A stretch of DNA of 63,239 nucleotides, filler included, from Octopus bimaculoides (GCF_001194135.2; 6 parts of 5 records of this genome joined end to end with filler, not necessarily neighbours in it); one strand, 5' to 3'; positions 1 through 14,368 are shown, numbered from the whole stretch's first letter. Notes: generated by a model not told the origin, from the letters alone. Made by a program: numbers and translations.

Positions 1-168
1 TATATTATATATTGTATATTCCATATTCTATACCGCACATTAGTTCTGCAGGAATATAAATAAAACATAAAAAACAGACAGTGTTGGAACTCTTTTAAGC
101 AAAATAATATATTCCTCTATACACAATCATACAAAAAAATCCACCCTTTTTTTGTATTTATTTTTACT

Positions 169-203
<35 letters not shown>

Positions 204-205
<2 letters not shown>

Positions 206-351
206 GACAGGCTTCTTTTCAGTTTCTGTCTACCAAATCCACTCACATGGCTTTGGTCACCCCATAGTGGAAGACACTTGCCCAAGGTGCCATGCATTGC
301 GACTGAACCTGGAACCATGTGGTTGGAAAGCAAACTTACCACATAGCCACG
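204..351 (-). mobile_element. tRNA-derived SINE family A copy
   Basis: Reverse complement of gtggctgtgtggtaag...ggttc(c/a)gtc...ggcaccttgggcaagtgtcttc...gaaactgaaagaagcc(c/t)gtcgtata, a block recurring more than 10 times in the window. Confidence 0.85.
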
Positions 352-380
352 TGAATATTATATAACTATATATCTATCTT

Positions 381-435
<55 letters not shown>

Positions 436-458
436 GTCTGTCTATTCATCTGTCTCTC

Positions 459-516
<58 letters not shown>

Positions 517-829
517 TGTCTGTCTGCATGTCTGTGTATCAGTCTGTCTGCATTCCAGTCATTTCACTGTGATCATGTGGAGGCACTTCCTTGTAGGGTT
601 TAGTCGAACAAATCAACGCCAGTACTTATTTTAGTCTTGTACTTATACTATTGACCACGTCTTGCCAAACCACTTAGTTATAGGTATGTAAGCAAACCAA
701 TACAAGTTGTCAAGTGGAGAAACAAACGCAAAGATGTGCATACATATATACTTATATACATACACACATGCAAACTTAGAAACATACATATACATACACA
801 AGCATAGGTACATAAATCATAAATATATA

Positions 830-869
<40 letters not shown>

Positions 870-874
<5 letters not shown>

Positions 875-955
875 TCATCATCATCATCATCATCGTTTAA
901 CGTCCGCTTTCCATGCTAGCATGGGTTGGACGATTTGACTGAGGACTGGTGCAAC
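870..955 (-). mobile_element. 3' end of an RTE-type LINE with (GAT)n tail
   Basis: Reverse complement of ccaacccatgctagcatggaaagcggacgttaaacgatgatgat, also at 2370-2420. Assignment to RTE is inferred from the GAT tail and co-occurring RTE ORF debris. Confidence 0.5.
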
Positions 956-1572
956 CNNNNNNNNNNNNNNNNNNNNNNNNNNNNNNNNNNNNNNNNNNNN
1001 NNNNNNNNNNNNNNNNNNNNNNNNNNNNNNNNNNNNNNNNNNNNNNNNNNNNNNNNNNNNNNNNNNNNNNNNNNNNNNNNNNNNNNNNNNNNNNNNNNNN
1101 NNNNNNNNNNNNNNNNNNNNNNNNNNNNNNNNNNNNNNNNNNNNNNNNNNNNNNNNNNNNNNNNNNNNNNNNNNNNNNNNNNNNNNNNNNNNNNNNNNNN
1201 NNNNNNNNNNNNNNNNNNNNNNNNNNNNNNNNNNNNNNNNNNNNNNNNNNNNNNNNNNNNNNNNNNNNNNNNNNNNNNNNNNNNNNNNNNNNNNNNNNNN
1301 NNNNNNNNNNNNNNNNNNNNNNNNNNNNNNNNNNNNNNNNNNNNNNNNNNNNNNNNNNNNNNNNNNNNNNNNNNNNNNNNNNNNNNNNNNNNNNNNNNNN
1401 NNNNNNNNNNNNNNNNNNNNNNNNNNNNNNNNNNNNNNNNNNNNNNNNNNNNNNNNNNNNNNNNNNNNNNNNNNNNNNNNNNNNNNNNNNNNNNNNNNNN
1501 NNNNNNNNNNNNNNNNNNNNNNNNNNNNNNNNNNNNNNNNNNNNNNNNNNNATATATATATATATATATATA

Positions 1573-1900
1573 GGCGCAGGAGTAGCTGTGTGGTAAATAA
1601 CTTGCTTACCAACCACATGGTTTCGGGTTCAGTCCCACTGAGTGGCACCTTGGGTAAGTGTCTTCTACTATAGCTTCGGGCCGACCAAAGCCTTGTGAGC
1701 GGATTTGGTAGACAGAAACTGAAAGAAACCCGTTGTATATATGTATATATATATGTATATATATGTATGTGTGTCTGTGTTTGTTCCCCCACCATCACTT
1801 GACAACCGATGCTGGTGTGTTTACGTCCCCGTAACTTAGCGGTTCAGCAAAAAGTGACCGATTGAATAAGTACTAGGCCTCCAAAGAATAAGTCCTGGGG
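1573..1900 (+). mobile_element. tRNA-derived SINE family A, near full length
   Basis: ggcgcaggagtagctgtgtggtaa head with Pol III A/B-box-like motifs, internal (TA/TG)n, then gtaacttagcggttcagcaaaa...aataagtactagg...aataagtcctgggg body. Confidence 0.85.
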
Positions 1901-2046
1901 CCTTCATGACTTATTCTTTGTAAGTCTGGTACTTATTCTACCAGACTCTTGTTGAACAGCTAAGTTACAAGGACATAATCATACCAACATAGGTTGTCAA
2001 GCGATGGTAGTGGGGGGCTGACAAACATAGACACAAAGATACACAC

Positions 2047-2420
2047 ACATATATATAGCTGGCACCCATGCCAACGTCGTCTCCTTCATTGGACACGAAA
2101 CTCGGCTTGCGAAGACCTGTTGGGGTAAGCAAAACGAAATCGCGAGATTGCTGCCAGTGCTGCTGGACTGGCTCCTGTGCAGGTGGCATGTAAAATAGAC
2201 CATTTCGAGTGTGGCTGTTGCCAGTACCACCTGACTGGCCTTTGTGCCAGTGGCACGTTAAAGCACCCACTACACTCTCAGAGTGGTTGGCGTTAGGAAG
2301 GGCATCCAGCTGTAGAAATCAGATTGGAGCCTGGTGTAGCGACCTGGTTCACCATCCTCAGTCAAATCGTCCAACCCATGCTAGCATGAAAAGCGGACAT
2401 TAAACAATGATGATGATGAT
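2047..2420 (+). mobile_element. 3' UTR/terminus of an RTE-type LINE (5'-truncated)
   Basis: GC-richer block ending ccaacccatgctagcatgaaaagcggacattaaacaatgatgatgatgat; same terminus at 870-955 and decayed at about 2870-2945. Confidence 0.55.
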
Positions 2421-2436
2421 GATATATATATATACA

Positions 2437-2597
2437 CGTTGGGTTTCTTTTCAGTTTCTATTCACCAAATCCATTTACAAGGCTTAGGTTGGCCTAAGGC
2501 TATAGTAGAAGACACTTACCCAAGGTATCATGCAGTGGGACTAAACCCAGCACCATGTGGTTGGGAAGCAAGCTTCTTACCACATAGCCATGCCTGA
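2437..2597 (-). mobile_element. SINE family A copy (decayed)
   Basis: tttcagtttc...caaatcca...atagtagaagacactt...ccatgtggttgggaagcaagcttcttaccacatagcc. Confidence 0.8.
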
Positions 2598-2607
2598 CAT
2601 CTATCTA

Positions 2608-2662
<55 letters not shown>

Positions 2663-3169
2663 GTGTGTGCATGTGCATGTATATAAATGTGCTACTGTTT
2701 CTTTGTTTTGATGTCACAAGAGAGTTACAAATAGAGTCACCATCATGCAAATGGTACACTTCATTTCCAATTTTCCAAGAAGACATATATAGTAAATGGG
2801 AAATATTACCTTACTTAGAAACAAATGATTGCTGGTGACATGGAGGGCATTATCAGGGTGTTGAAAATCTCTGTCAGCAAATTCTGTGTGACCCATGTAA
2901 GCATGGAAATGTGGTCATTAAAACAATGATGGTGATCATAATCACCATCACCATAATAATATATGTTGGTCACTCATATCAGCTCAGCCATAACTAATCA
3001 AACAGACCTATGGTCAAATATGTTCTAATCTTGACCATTCTATCATATATATTTTAATGATAGTCTATCTAGGACTACATAATCTAAAGTACTATTCCAT
3101 TCCTAAGAGATTTGGCCACTAATTCCAGCAGCTTGAGTGACCATCTAGAAACACTTTCATTGGCTTGTG

Positions 3170-3320
3170 GCCACGTGTATTGATATATTTCTAAATCCAC
3201 TTATGTTGTTGGTCAGCAGCTTTGTTTTCTTGGCATTTATTTGCATTCTGTGTGCTGAAGGTGCTTTGTTCCGGCAATTTACTATGTTGGCGAGATTTTT
3301 AACTTCTCTGGTCCACTTAG
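3170..3320 (-). mobile_element. Small RTE-type reverse transcriptase fragment
   Basis: Minus-strand translation EVKNLANIVNCRNKAPSAHRMQINAKKTKLLTNNISG resembles the post-YADD LINE motif EL-x-x-LV-x-RL-x-x-AS-x-x-YGM-x-I-x-A-x-KTK-x-MTNN. Confidence 0.45.
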
Positions 3321-3372
3321 TTTTCTAATTTAATAACAATGTAATAGCATCTATTCCAACATCATTCAGTCA

Positions 3373-3415
<43 letters not shown>

Positions 3416-4058
3416 ATATGTGTGTATGTATGCGCGTGTGTATGTGTGTATAATATACATATTATATACTTATAAAAACACACACATGTCTATGTATATA
3501 TACATTCACACATGCCCATACATATATACATAAATATATAAATACACATACACACAAATATATATATACACACATACAAATACATAAATACAAATACAGA
3601 AATACACATATATAATATATATATATACACATGCACATATACATGTGCATGTGTTTGTATATTAGACTGTATGTTGTAACATTTGAATAGAAGTTTCTAG
3701 GTGGTTATTAAATTATAAGAGTACTTTATCAATGCTTGAAGAGAATAAGCACATAACATACAGCAAGAAATATTTTATAAAAAATAAAAAAAAACAAATA
3801 GAAAAAAACAAACAAACAGAACCCCGCAGAAGAATGAACGAACGAACAAATGAACGAAGTATGAGTTTCACAGATTCGTGTGAAAGAAATCTAATTTTTA
3901 TGTCTTGTATTTTGTGTTGGTGGTGTTTTTGAGAATACCTTATTGCATGTTTTTCATGCAGATTAGTCTTCATCAGAGAGAAAAATGAATAAGTAAACAG
4001 AAACTTTATTTCATTTCAATCTTNNNNNNNNNNTCTCTCTTTCTCTTTTTCACTCACA

Positions 4059-4095
<37 letters not shown>

Positions 4096-4488
4096 ACATT
4101 TGGCTTCACAAAACTTTCCATGCAGTTGGCTGTTTGGGAGTACTTTTGGGAATATGTTTTAATGCCACACCTCCAAGAAAAAAGGCCATAGTTTCGAAAA
4201 GCAGTGAGTGATAGATTTCATGGGTGATTTATTTCCAATTCCACCGAGTATTTTCATAATAAACACATTCTTTTTCAAGTTCTGCTAACCAGAATTGATT
4301 TTGCTTCTGCTGCTTCAATAATTTAGTTGCTCTGTTCTTCCAAGAAGGGGTTCATTTCACTTATAAAAGGAATATAACTTTTATTGATATTTACTTTGAT
4401 TGATATACGAGTGTATAATAACACCAGTAGAGACAATGCTATACATATAAGTATATTCATACTCACACATACTCTCTATCTCTCTTTC

Positions 4489-4528
<40 letters not shown>

Positions 4529-4657
4529 ATATATATAATACATATGAATGTGTGTCTCATTGTGCTTGTGTGTGTATCTCTGTGTATGTGCATTTATATA
4601 TGTATATATGTAAGTATATGTAAATATACCTATCTATCTAATTCTCTATCTATCAGT

Positions 4658-4712
<55 letters not shown>

Positions 4713-5129
4713 GTAAGTGTGTGTGTGTGTGTGTGTGTTTGCACATATGGAATAGCTTTTCTTTAATCACAGAATTGAGATCACGACTGTGTTTTAGTTT
4801 TCACTTTATAATTAGTTTCCTTTTTTCTGTTTTTATCTATTTTAGTATGAATCCCTTGCAGTTCATTTGGAACAACACAGTACCTAATTAAATCCTCAAT
4901 GAACATGCAAACCGTTTGATGTTTCAACTGATTATTACTTTCTTAACAAGAACACCCACTCATGTTCATCCAACAGAGATATGAAACAGCTTAGAGTGAA
5001 TCATATAGAGTGTTATGAGTAACACATCATGACTTTACATATTCTCATGTACACACACAGATACACACACGTGTGCACGTGCACACACACGCACACACAC
5101 ACACACATACACACACATTTATCATCAAC

Positions 5130-5395
5130 CAGTATGTATGTTGTGTCCCTGAGCAAAACACTTCACTTCACGTTGATCCAGTCCACTCACCTGACAAAAA
5201 TGAGTTGTACCTATAATACAAAATGTCAGCCTTGTCACCTTCTGTGTCACACTGAATCTCCCTGAGCACTACATTAAGGGTATGAGTGTCTGTGGAGCAC
5301 TCAGCCACTTGCATGTTAATTTCACAAGTAGGCTCGTCTGTTGATCAGATCAAATCAACTGGAACTCTAGTTATTGTAACCAATGGAATGCCGGT
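5130..5395 (+). mobile_element. Decayed SINE (family C-related body)
   Basis: gtcagccttgtcac...ctgaatctccctgagcactacattaagggta...gtgtctgtggagcactcagccacttgca-gttaatttcac, the same body as 9057-9424 with CpG decay. Confidence 0.7.
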
Positions 5396-6319
5396 CAACC
5401 AGTATATTACTGGTTATGGCATATAACTAGTCCAAACTTCACCGTTGGTTTCATGCCAACTATTGCATCTTGGCAATACTGATAGCTTTTCAGATATACT
5501 CGACAGAAGCACATAACTTCATGTATGTTTGCAGTATATACAAACTCTGGGTGGGTTGGTGACAAGGTTGACCTTTTGTATTACAGGTATTGCTCATTTT
5601 TGTCAGGTCATTGGACTGGATCAATGTGAAGTGAAGTGTCTTGTTCAAGGACACGATGCACATACTGGTCAATGTAACAAAACATTAAAAAAAATGGGTT
5701 GGAGTTTGCTTTGGATGAAGTGTATAAGCTGTGTGTGTGCGTGTGTATGTGTGTATACATGTCATTCCCAAGTTAAAATTTAACATAACCACCAAAATGA
5801 ATTTTCACTTGTGAAGGCAGCATCTGAAAATATCACTTTTTGAGTTTACAAAAGTACTCAGATTGTGTGAAATTTTTAGAATGATTCTCCTCTCAGCCAA
5901 GCAGATCCAGTATTTTTTACTTCCATTCAGATATGGGTCAGATTGTTCCAGTAACTTTGCTTCCTCTATTAATTGCTATATATACCTGGTTAAAGTCGTA
6001 ACATTGTGCCTATCTTGGATTCTAAAAGAGGATCTGTGATTATTAAACTTGGCCTTNNNNNNNNNNNNNNNNNNNNNNNNNNNNNNNNNNNNNNNNNNNN
6101 NNNNNNNNNNNNNNNNNNNNNNNNNNNNNNNNNNNNNNNNNNNNNNNNNNNNNNNNNNNNNNNNNNNNNNNNNNNNNNNNNNNNNNNNNNNNNNNNNNNN
6201 NNNNNNNNNNNNNNNNNNNNNNNNNNNNNNNNNNNNNNNNNNNNNNNNNNNNNNNNNNNNNNNNNNNNNNNNNNNNNNNNNNNNNNNNNNNNNNNNNNNN
6301 NNNNNNNNNNNCTCTCTAC

Positions 6320-6393
<74 letters not shown>

Positions 6394-7317
6394 CTTTATG
6401 TATATTATTTAAATTTATTAGGCTGATAAAATATGTGGAAAAGTCTAGATGCACAATTCTAAATGTGTGTCTAATCTTTGATGTTTCTCATAATAGTCAC
6501 TCAGTTTTTATGTTACACATGTGACATATGATAATTCAATTACAATAATCTTAAATCTTTACTCTTAAGTCATAGGTGTATATACTAGTTACAATTGGCA
6601 GCTAGAAAGCATTAGTTTTCTTATGAAAACATTCAAACATTTGCAGTGCAGTTGAGTGGATAATTGGTCGATCTTTTGATTGGCAAAGCTCTAAGCTCTG
6701 TACCTTGCTTTAAATATAACATTAATTCATTTCATGTCCTACTTAACTAGCAGCAAAGCAGGTAAGATGAGAGAGAATGGCTTTATAGTAGCACACCAGA
6801 GTGACAGTTAGCATGTACATTTATGGTTTACAGTGTTGAGATTGAGTCCTCTCAAATCAGAATAAAATATTGGCACTTTTGCATAATCTACCTTTTGTAC
6901 AGAGTGAATACCTTTTGTCTTCAGGAAATGCAATAGTTTTCAACATACCTTGCAACCACTTTAAACTCTTGACATTATATTAATACTGGCTCTGTTCCCA
7001 GTGCTGATTAGGTTACACAGGTTCATGTTTTCATTCAGAGATGTTGGCAGAGATAACTTTTACTGATATTCTCCTTATTTCATTTACTTCCTACGTTAAT
7101 ACTTGTAGATTATTTTCTTTTGTTTTTGTCTTATTGATCCGTGTTATGCCACTAATTGTATAAACTGGTTCAACTCTGTGTATACTTCAGCAGTTGGCAA
7201 GGATCATTGGATTTACACCCTTTCCACTTTCTACATGTATACATACATATATGCAGGTATGCATGCATGTGTACATATACTGACATACACATGCATACAT
7301 AGCTACATATATATATG

Positions 7318-7359
<42 letters not shown>

Positions 7360-8505
7360 NNNNNNNNNNNNNNNNNNNNNNNNNNNNNNNNNNNNNNNNN
7401 NNNNNNNNNNNNNNNNNNNNNNNNNNNNNNNNNNNNNNNNNNNNNNNNNNNNNNNNNNNNNNNNNNNNNNNNNNNNNNNNNNNNNNNNNNNNNNNNNNNN
7501 NNNNNNNNNNNNNNNNNNNNNNNNNNNNNNNNNNNNNNNNNNNNNNNNNNNNNNNNNNNNNNNNNNNNNNNNNNNNNNNNNNNNNNNNNNNNNNNNNNNN
7601 NNNNNNNNNNNNNNNNNNNNNNNNNNNNNNNNNNNNNNNNNNNNNNNNNNNNNNNNNNNNNNNNNNNNNNNNNNNNNNNNNNNNNNNNNNNNNNNNNNNN
7701 NNNNNNNNNNNNNNNNNNNNNNNNNNNNNNNNNNNNNNNNNNNNNNNNNNNNNNNNNNNNNNNNNNNNNNNNNNNNNNNNNNNNNNNNNNNNNNNNNNNN
7801 NNNNNNNNNNNNNNNNNNNNNNNNNNNNNNNNNNNNNNNNNNNNNNNNNNNNNNNNNNNNNNNNNNNNNNNNNNNNNNNNNNNNNNNNNNNNNNNNNNNN
7901 NNNNNNNNNNNNNNNNNNNNNNNNNNNNNNNNNNNNNNNNNNNNNNNNNNNNNNNNNNNNNNNNNNNNNNNNNNNNNNNNNNNNNNNNNNNNNNNNNNNN
8001 NNNNNNNNNNNNNNNNNNNNNNNNNNNNNNNNNNNNNNNAGACATCTATTGACATAGAAATAATAATGTATATAAAGCTTATACTGCAGGGACATTCCCT
8101 TCATCAATTGTTGACGGAAGATCATAATAATTTTGGCAACTTCTAGTGCCAAGAGGATAAAGTGACTTACTAAATGCTTTTCACCATTTTGATTTGGTTT
8201 TGTCTTTTTATATTCTGAGGTCGTAAACCTATAAACTAACTTTGCCTTTCATCTTCCTCACTAGTTTATTCAACTGTTGATTTAAATAATTCTATGCATT
8301 CTGTGTATTAAAAAAAGGAAAAAAAAACAAAAAAAAAAAAACTAAGCTTGAACAGAAATTGAAAAGAAAAAAAAATGATAAATAAGAATTAAATTTATTG
8401 TCCTTGTATATATATATGAATGTATGTATATACGTATGTATGTATGCATGTATGCGTGCATATATTGATGCTTGCATATTATACATATATGTATGTGAGT
8501 ATAAG

Positions 8506-8546
<41 letters not shown>

Positions 8547-9056
8547 GCACACACACACGCACACACAGAAGGCTAAGTACTTTATTTTAGTCTGAGTTGC
8601 AGGAACTACAAAAATATACGTGCAATGAAGACAATTAATGTCTTAAAACAAAAACAAATGTTAATTCAAACGTATTCAAATGATAAATTCAATAGTATAA
8701 TAGTCATACAATGCTTTAAAGGATAACAATTTCCATTAATAAATCTTGTTGTTTGAAAATTTTCATTATTACTAGTTCAATACCCATCACTTTTGCTGAC
8801 ACCGAAAAGGCAAAATTTTAAATTCAAATTATTTGCCCATTTATAATATATAATATAATATATGAAATATGATATAGTATATTATATATATAGCATAATA
8901 AATAATATACAATATATAATATACTATATAATATATAATATAATTCATCATATAATATATTCAATTTAAATGCAAAGATTCTTTGAAAGGTTTAAAAACT
9001 CATTAACTTTACCTCTATTTTCTCTTTGTCTTTGACTCTCATTTATTGACATAACA

Positions 9057-9424
9057 GTGGAGGCGCAATGGCCCAGTGGTTAGGGCAGCGGACTCGCGGT
9101 CATAAGATCGCGGTTTCGATTCCCAGTCTGGGCATTGTGAGTGTTTATTGAGCGAAAACACCTAAAGCTCCACGAGGCTCCAGCAGGGGATGGTGGCGAA
9201 CCCTGCTGTACTTTTCCACCACAACTTTCTCTCACTCTTACTTCCTGTTTCTGTTGTGCCTGTAATTCAAAGGGTCAGCCTTGTCACATTGTGTCGCGCT
9301 GAATATCCCCAAGAACTACGTTAAGGGTACACGTGTCTGTGGAGTGCTCAGCCACTTGCACGTTAATTTCACGAGCAGGCTATTCTGTTGATCGGATCAA
9401 GCGACAGAGTGCCAACAACAATCA
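9057..9424 (+). mobile_element. tRNA(Arg-like)-derived SINE family C, full length
   Basis: gtggaggcgcaatggcccagtggttagggcagcggactcgcgg...ggtttcgattccc head; flanked by direct repeat acataaca (9049-56 / 9425-32); near-identical copy at 41646. Confidence 0.9.
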
Positions 9425-10732
9425 ACATAACAAAAGAAGGCTACATAGGAAAATGCATTTTTTAAAAAAGTGACTGGTAAATCAGTGTCAGATAGATGAA
9501 GAGAAATCCAAACAATCATTAGCACCTTTTCAGCATCAACACTGCTAGCTTTGCTGACACTCAATAAATTGTTGGTAACATTGAGGACCTTGGAGCAAGT
9601 ACCATTGCAGTGGTCATTGCTGAAGTCTGAGTCTCGGAGAAGAATTACGGGAACTCATATGTTAGTCATCCATTTCTTACAAACATAAACTTCCAGTAAA
9701 TATGTTCTGTTGATCCCCCCAGGCGAAGAAGTAGAATCACCCAAGACATATAAATAAGGTAGTCTGGCTGTGGTAGGTGTCTTGAGTAGCAGTTATGTAG
9801 CAGTTGAGTAGAAATCATCCGAAGGTGCTAGATAGTAGTAGCGTTGAGACAGAACGACATAAAATGTGGGATTTCTCAAAGTTCAGTAATATAAAAAGAA
9901 GTTCAAATTTAATATTGGTTTCAGACTTTGACACAAGGCCAGTAATTTTTTGTGGGAAGGGTTAAATCAATTATATTGACCCCAATGTTTAACTGGTAGT
10001 TATTTTATCGACCTTAAAAGGATGCAAGGCAAAGCTGACCTCAGCATATAAGGGTTAATTATAAGGAGGGCTTCCAAACTGAAAAGACAATAACTCAATA
10101 CTATATTTTTCTAAACCATTTTTCCATGATAACAAAAAATAAAAATGGATGTAAAAGTGAATGAACCAAAACACCCCCCACACCCACACCCACACATGCA
10201 CAACCCCTCCTCTCTCTCATATGTGTCTATGTTCTTGTCTGACAATTGTGGTAGTATGAGTATTTTGGATCACAATATTCAGTNNNNNNNNNNNNNNNNN
10301 NNNNNNNNNNNNNNNNNNNNNNNNNNNNNNNNNNNNNNNNNNNNNNNNNNNNNNNNNNNNNNNNNNNNNNNNNNNNNNNNNNNNNNNNNNNNNNNNNNNN
10401 NNNNNNNNNNNNNNNNNNNNNNNNNNNNNNNNNNNNNNNNNNNNNNNNNNNNNNNNNNNNNNNNNNNNNNNNNNNNNNNNNNNNNNNNNNNNNNNNNNNN
10501 NNNNNNNNNNNNNNNNNNNNNNNNNNNNNNNNNNNNNNNNNNNNNNNNNNNNNNNNNNNNNNNNNNNNNNNNNNNNNNNNNNNNNNNNNNNNNNNNNNNN
10601 NNNNNNNNNNNNNNNNNNNNNNNNNNNNNNNNNNNNNNNNNNNNNNNNNNNNNNNNNNNNNNNNNNNNNNNNNNNNNNNNNNNNNNNNNNNNNNNNNNNN
10701 NNNNNNNNNNNNNNNNNNNNNNNNNNNNNNNN

Positions 10733-11075
10733 ATCGCCTTTAGTCGAGCAAATCGACCCCAGGACTTATTCTTTGTAAGCCTAGTACATATTCTATCGGT
10801 CTCTTTTGCCGAACCGCTAAGTTACGGGGGCGTAAACACACCAGTATCGGTTGTCAAGCGATGTTGGGGGGACGAACACAGACACACAAACACACACATG
10901 TATATACATATACATATATACGACGGGCTTCTTTCAGTTTCCATCTACCAAATCCACTCACAAGGCTTTGGTTGGCCTGAGGCTATAGTAGAAGACACTT
11001 GCCCAGAAGTGCCACCCAGTGGGACTGAACCTGGGACCATGTGGCTGGTAAGCAAGCTACTTACCACACAGCCAC
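10733..11075 (-). mobile_element. SINE family A, near full length
   Basis: Reverse complement of the family A head and body (gcctttagtcgagcaaatcgaccccaggacttattc...ttaccacacagcc). Confidence 0.88.
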
Positions 11076-11504
11076 ATTCAACATATTACCCTCTCAGATT
11101 CACATGCTTTTTCTAAGCCCTATGAAAGAACTCAGAGAGCTGGGCCTTCAGCTAGGCCTTTCATGATATCCTTAAAGCCAGGAATATTTCTGCACCCCCT
11201 TGTATGTATATACATACATATATATATATACACATACACATACGTATATATATTTTTATATTTTTTTTATTTTTTTACCAGTTTCAGTCATTTGACTGCA
11301 GCCATGCTGGAGCACTGCCTTAAGTCAGACAAATTGACTCCAGGACTTAATCTTTGTAAGCCTAGTACTTATTCTATCAGTCTCTTTTACTGAACTGATA
11401 AGTTACGGGGACGTAAACACACCAACATCGGTTGTCAAGTGATGGTAGGAGTGGGGACAAACACAGACATACAAACATACGCATATATGTACATGTACAT
11501 AGAC

Positions 11505-12252
11505 TTAGAATGGTGCAAAGTCCCTTCCAGACCAAGAGTTATGTGGTGGTGGAATCATACGGTAGGCAAAGCCATTAGAGCAAAGAAACAGGCCTGGAAA
11601 GCCTGGAAGAGTGGGAGTAGCAGGGAACCATACCAGATAGCCAGAAGGGAGGCTTGGTGACAGGTATACATAGCCAAGGGCGAAGCAGAAATGAAGTTTG
11701 CCAATGTCCAGTGACATGAGGACCAAAGAACTGAAGTATTTTGGATTGAAGACAGTGTGTGAGAGAAAATTGTGATGTCACAGGAGAGAAATGTGTCCAC
11801 ATGGATGATGGTGCACTTGCTTTTAGTGATTCAGAAAAGAAAGAGGCTTGGAGAAGCCATTATGAAAGGCTACTGAATGTGGAGAATGAATGGGAGGAGG
11901 AGAGCCTGCCAAATGCTGACCCAGTAGAGGGACCTGCTATCTGAATAGAGAGCACTCTGGTAGATAAAGCAATTAAGGGTGTGAAGACAGGAAAAGCCCT
12001 GGCCCATCAGGAATCACTGCTGAGATGCTTAAAATATCTGGTGGTGTGGGCTATGGCCTAGTCACCAGTATTGTAAACTAGGCAGTTCATGATGGAGTCA
12101 TAGCCAATGACTGGTGTAACAGCACCGCAGACAACAGCTACAAGGGTAAAGGTGATGCTTTAGATAAAAATATCTACAGGGGTATCAAACTGCTGGATCT
12201 GGTAATGAAGGCCACGGAGAGGGTCATAGCCCAACTAATTAGGGAGAGAGTT
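11505..12252 (+). mobile_element. RTE-clade LINE ORF fragment (linker plus start of the RT domain), degenerate
   Basis: Translation WWWNHTVGKAIRAKKQAWKAWK...EKKEAWRSHYERLLNVENEW...VDKAIKGVKTGKA/PGPSGITAEMLK...DWCNS...YKGKGDALD..IYRGIKLLDLVMKATERVIAQLIRERV; canonical LINE RT domain 0-1 motifs with stops and a frameshift. Confidence 0.88.
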
Positions 12253-12261
12253 TGCTTATAT

Positions 12262-12428
12262 ATACGACAGGCTTCTTTCAGTTTCTCTCTATCAGATCCA
12301 CTCACAAAGCTTTGGTTGGCCCTAGGCTATAGTAGAAGACACTTGCCCAAGGTGCCACGCAGTGGGACCGAACCCGAAACCATGTGGTTGAGAAGCAAGC
12401 TTATTACCACACAGCCACACCTGCACCT
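12262..12428 (-). mobile_element. SINE family A copy
   Basis: Family A head in reverse, inserted at the end of the RTE fragment. Confidence 0.85.
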
Positions 12429-14184
12429 GTATAAAATTAAATAAATTATAAGGAACAAGAAATTATGTAATGAACATAATATCTTGTTCCCTTGACATTT
12501 ATTTATTATGCTGTGTACTTGGCAAATGCTTCTTTCTGATATATATGCATGTTGAGTTGTAACACCAGGTTATATTAGTATCACTATGTCTGAGCAAAAT
12601 ATAAATACATATATACATATACATATGTATATATGTATGTCTACACACACACATACATGTGTGCACACGTGCACACACACATGCACACACACATGCACAG
12701 ACACACATGCACACACATACACACATAGACATGCACTCACATACACACATACACACACATGTATGTTTATATATAAATGTGTACATGTGAGAAAGAGAGA
12801 GATGCCACAAATGGTGTGTAGGATAAAATATTCTGTAGTATTTGGTACAGTCTCAGCATTTCAGTTATTTTCCATTATATTCAGCTTGATTTTATCATAC
12901 TGTTTACCTCTTATGAGGTTGATAAAGATAAGTACTAAACAAAATACTGGAGTCTATAGATTTTAATAAAAAAAAATAATAAAAACCATTCAAAAATTAT
13001 TGCTCCAGCATGGTCACAGTCCAGCAGCTGAAAAAAGCAGTAAAAAATACAAGAAAGAACAGATGTAATCATATACTTCAATAAAGAATGGTGCTGCAGT
13101 TTGTAATTATGGGGGTTTACATAGCTTGTGCAAAGAAGGTAAAAGAAAGGAAAATATAGAGAAAATAAAATAAAGAAGAATTTGTGCTTATTTTGTAAAT
13201 TCTTGTGTAAAGAATTTCTAGAACATCTATTATCAATGGTTTGTTAGTTAAACTTTGTTGACTCCACCCCACTTTTCTTGTTTTCTTTGTACAAAGAAAC
13301 AAAGTCCTCTGAACAGTTGGTAGGTATTTATAAGCCTAAGAAAGCCACTTACTTCCTCCTTCCAATAGAACTTAACAAGCAAGATAAATTTGTATATCTG
13401 ATCTACAATCATCAATTGGGTTAATGTGTTATACAAATCTCCTGAATCCTCTAGTCAGAAGATTTCAGGAAATGATCAAGTTTGTCAAGTAACCCCTTTA
13501 ATAAAAACATGCTATCAAATAGAAACTGTAACAAAAGACTGAGAAAAAGAAGAGGGAAAAAAGGAAGAGAGAAAGACAGTAAATTGAGTATTTTAAAGTG
13601 CTAGTGAAAGCTGCATAGAAAGAAAGAGAAATACAAAGAAGAAAAAAGAAGTATATGCTTTGTGAAATACTTTTGCATTACATACAATTTGTATCTAATC
13701 TTTCATGACAGAACAGGGATCCATTTCTAAATTCCAAGACTACCAGACAATTCGAGCTTGTTGACCATTTTCAAAACAATTTTTAACATTCACTGAAAAT
13801 ACATACCAATTGAATTACATGTAAGTAGAAATACTTATCCAGTGTATGCAAATATGTGTACTCATGCATGTATATGTCTGTTTGTGAGTAATTTACATAA
13901 ATAACATTGAAACTAATATGTACACATACACACAGAGGCATGTTCATATATACATACATACACACATCTCTACTCTCTCCAGCACCGCTGCGAGTGGTAC
14001 ATCATTTGTACGATGTGGAAAATATACCGCCAGCATTGCCCAAACGACCTGAACATTAGTTTCAAGGTTCATCCAAGTTTTATCTAAGTTTTATATATAT
14101 ACACACATATACATATACATATACACACACACATATATATGTTTTGACTGTCTCCACACATATATAAAATTTCAAACAAATTTA

Positions 14185-14368
14185 TTTTAATAAAGGGTTG
14201 GACTGCCTTTGGCAGTAATTACAGCTTGAATTCTACAAGGTATAGACTCATACAAAGTTTGAATTGTTTCCAAAGGAATTTTTGTCCATTCTTCAGCTAA
14301 ATCAGTCTCCAGTTCTTGTAGTGATAATGGTGGAGGATATCAACTCCTTACTTGTTTTTCTAAAATGT
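14185..14368 (-). mobile_element. Tc1-like transposase C-terminus (degenerate)
   Basis: Minus translation ILEKQVRS*YPPPLSLQELETDLAEEWTKIPLETIQTLYESIPCRIQAVITAKGSPTLY* matches the Tc1 C-terminal consensus P-x-S-L-x-EL...EEW-x-x-IP...L-x-x-S-x-PRRI-x-AVI-x-AKGGPT-x-Y. Confidence 0.82.

Noticed and set aside
9057-9130. tRNA gene (also 41646, 44650-44720, 49490-49570)
   Set aside because: tRNA-like heads continue into a roughly 300-bp shared SINE body with TSDs; not stand-alone tRNAs
9480-9640. Minus-strand frame DFSNDHCNGTCSKVLNVTNNLLSVSKASSVDAEK, faintly like an adhesion-GPCR GAIN region
   Set aside because: Weak splice sites, no partner exons found, similarity too slight
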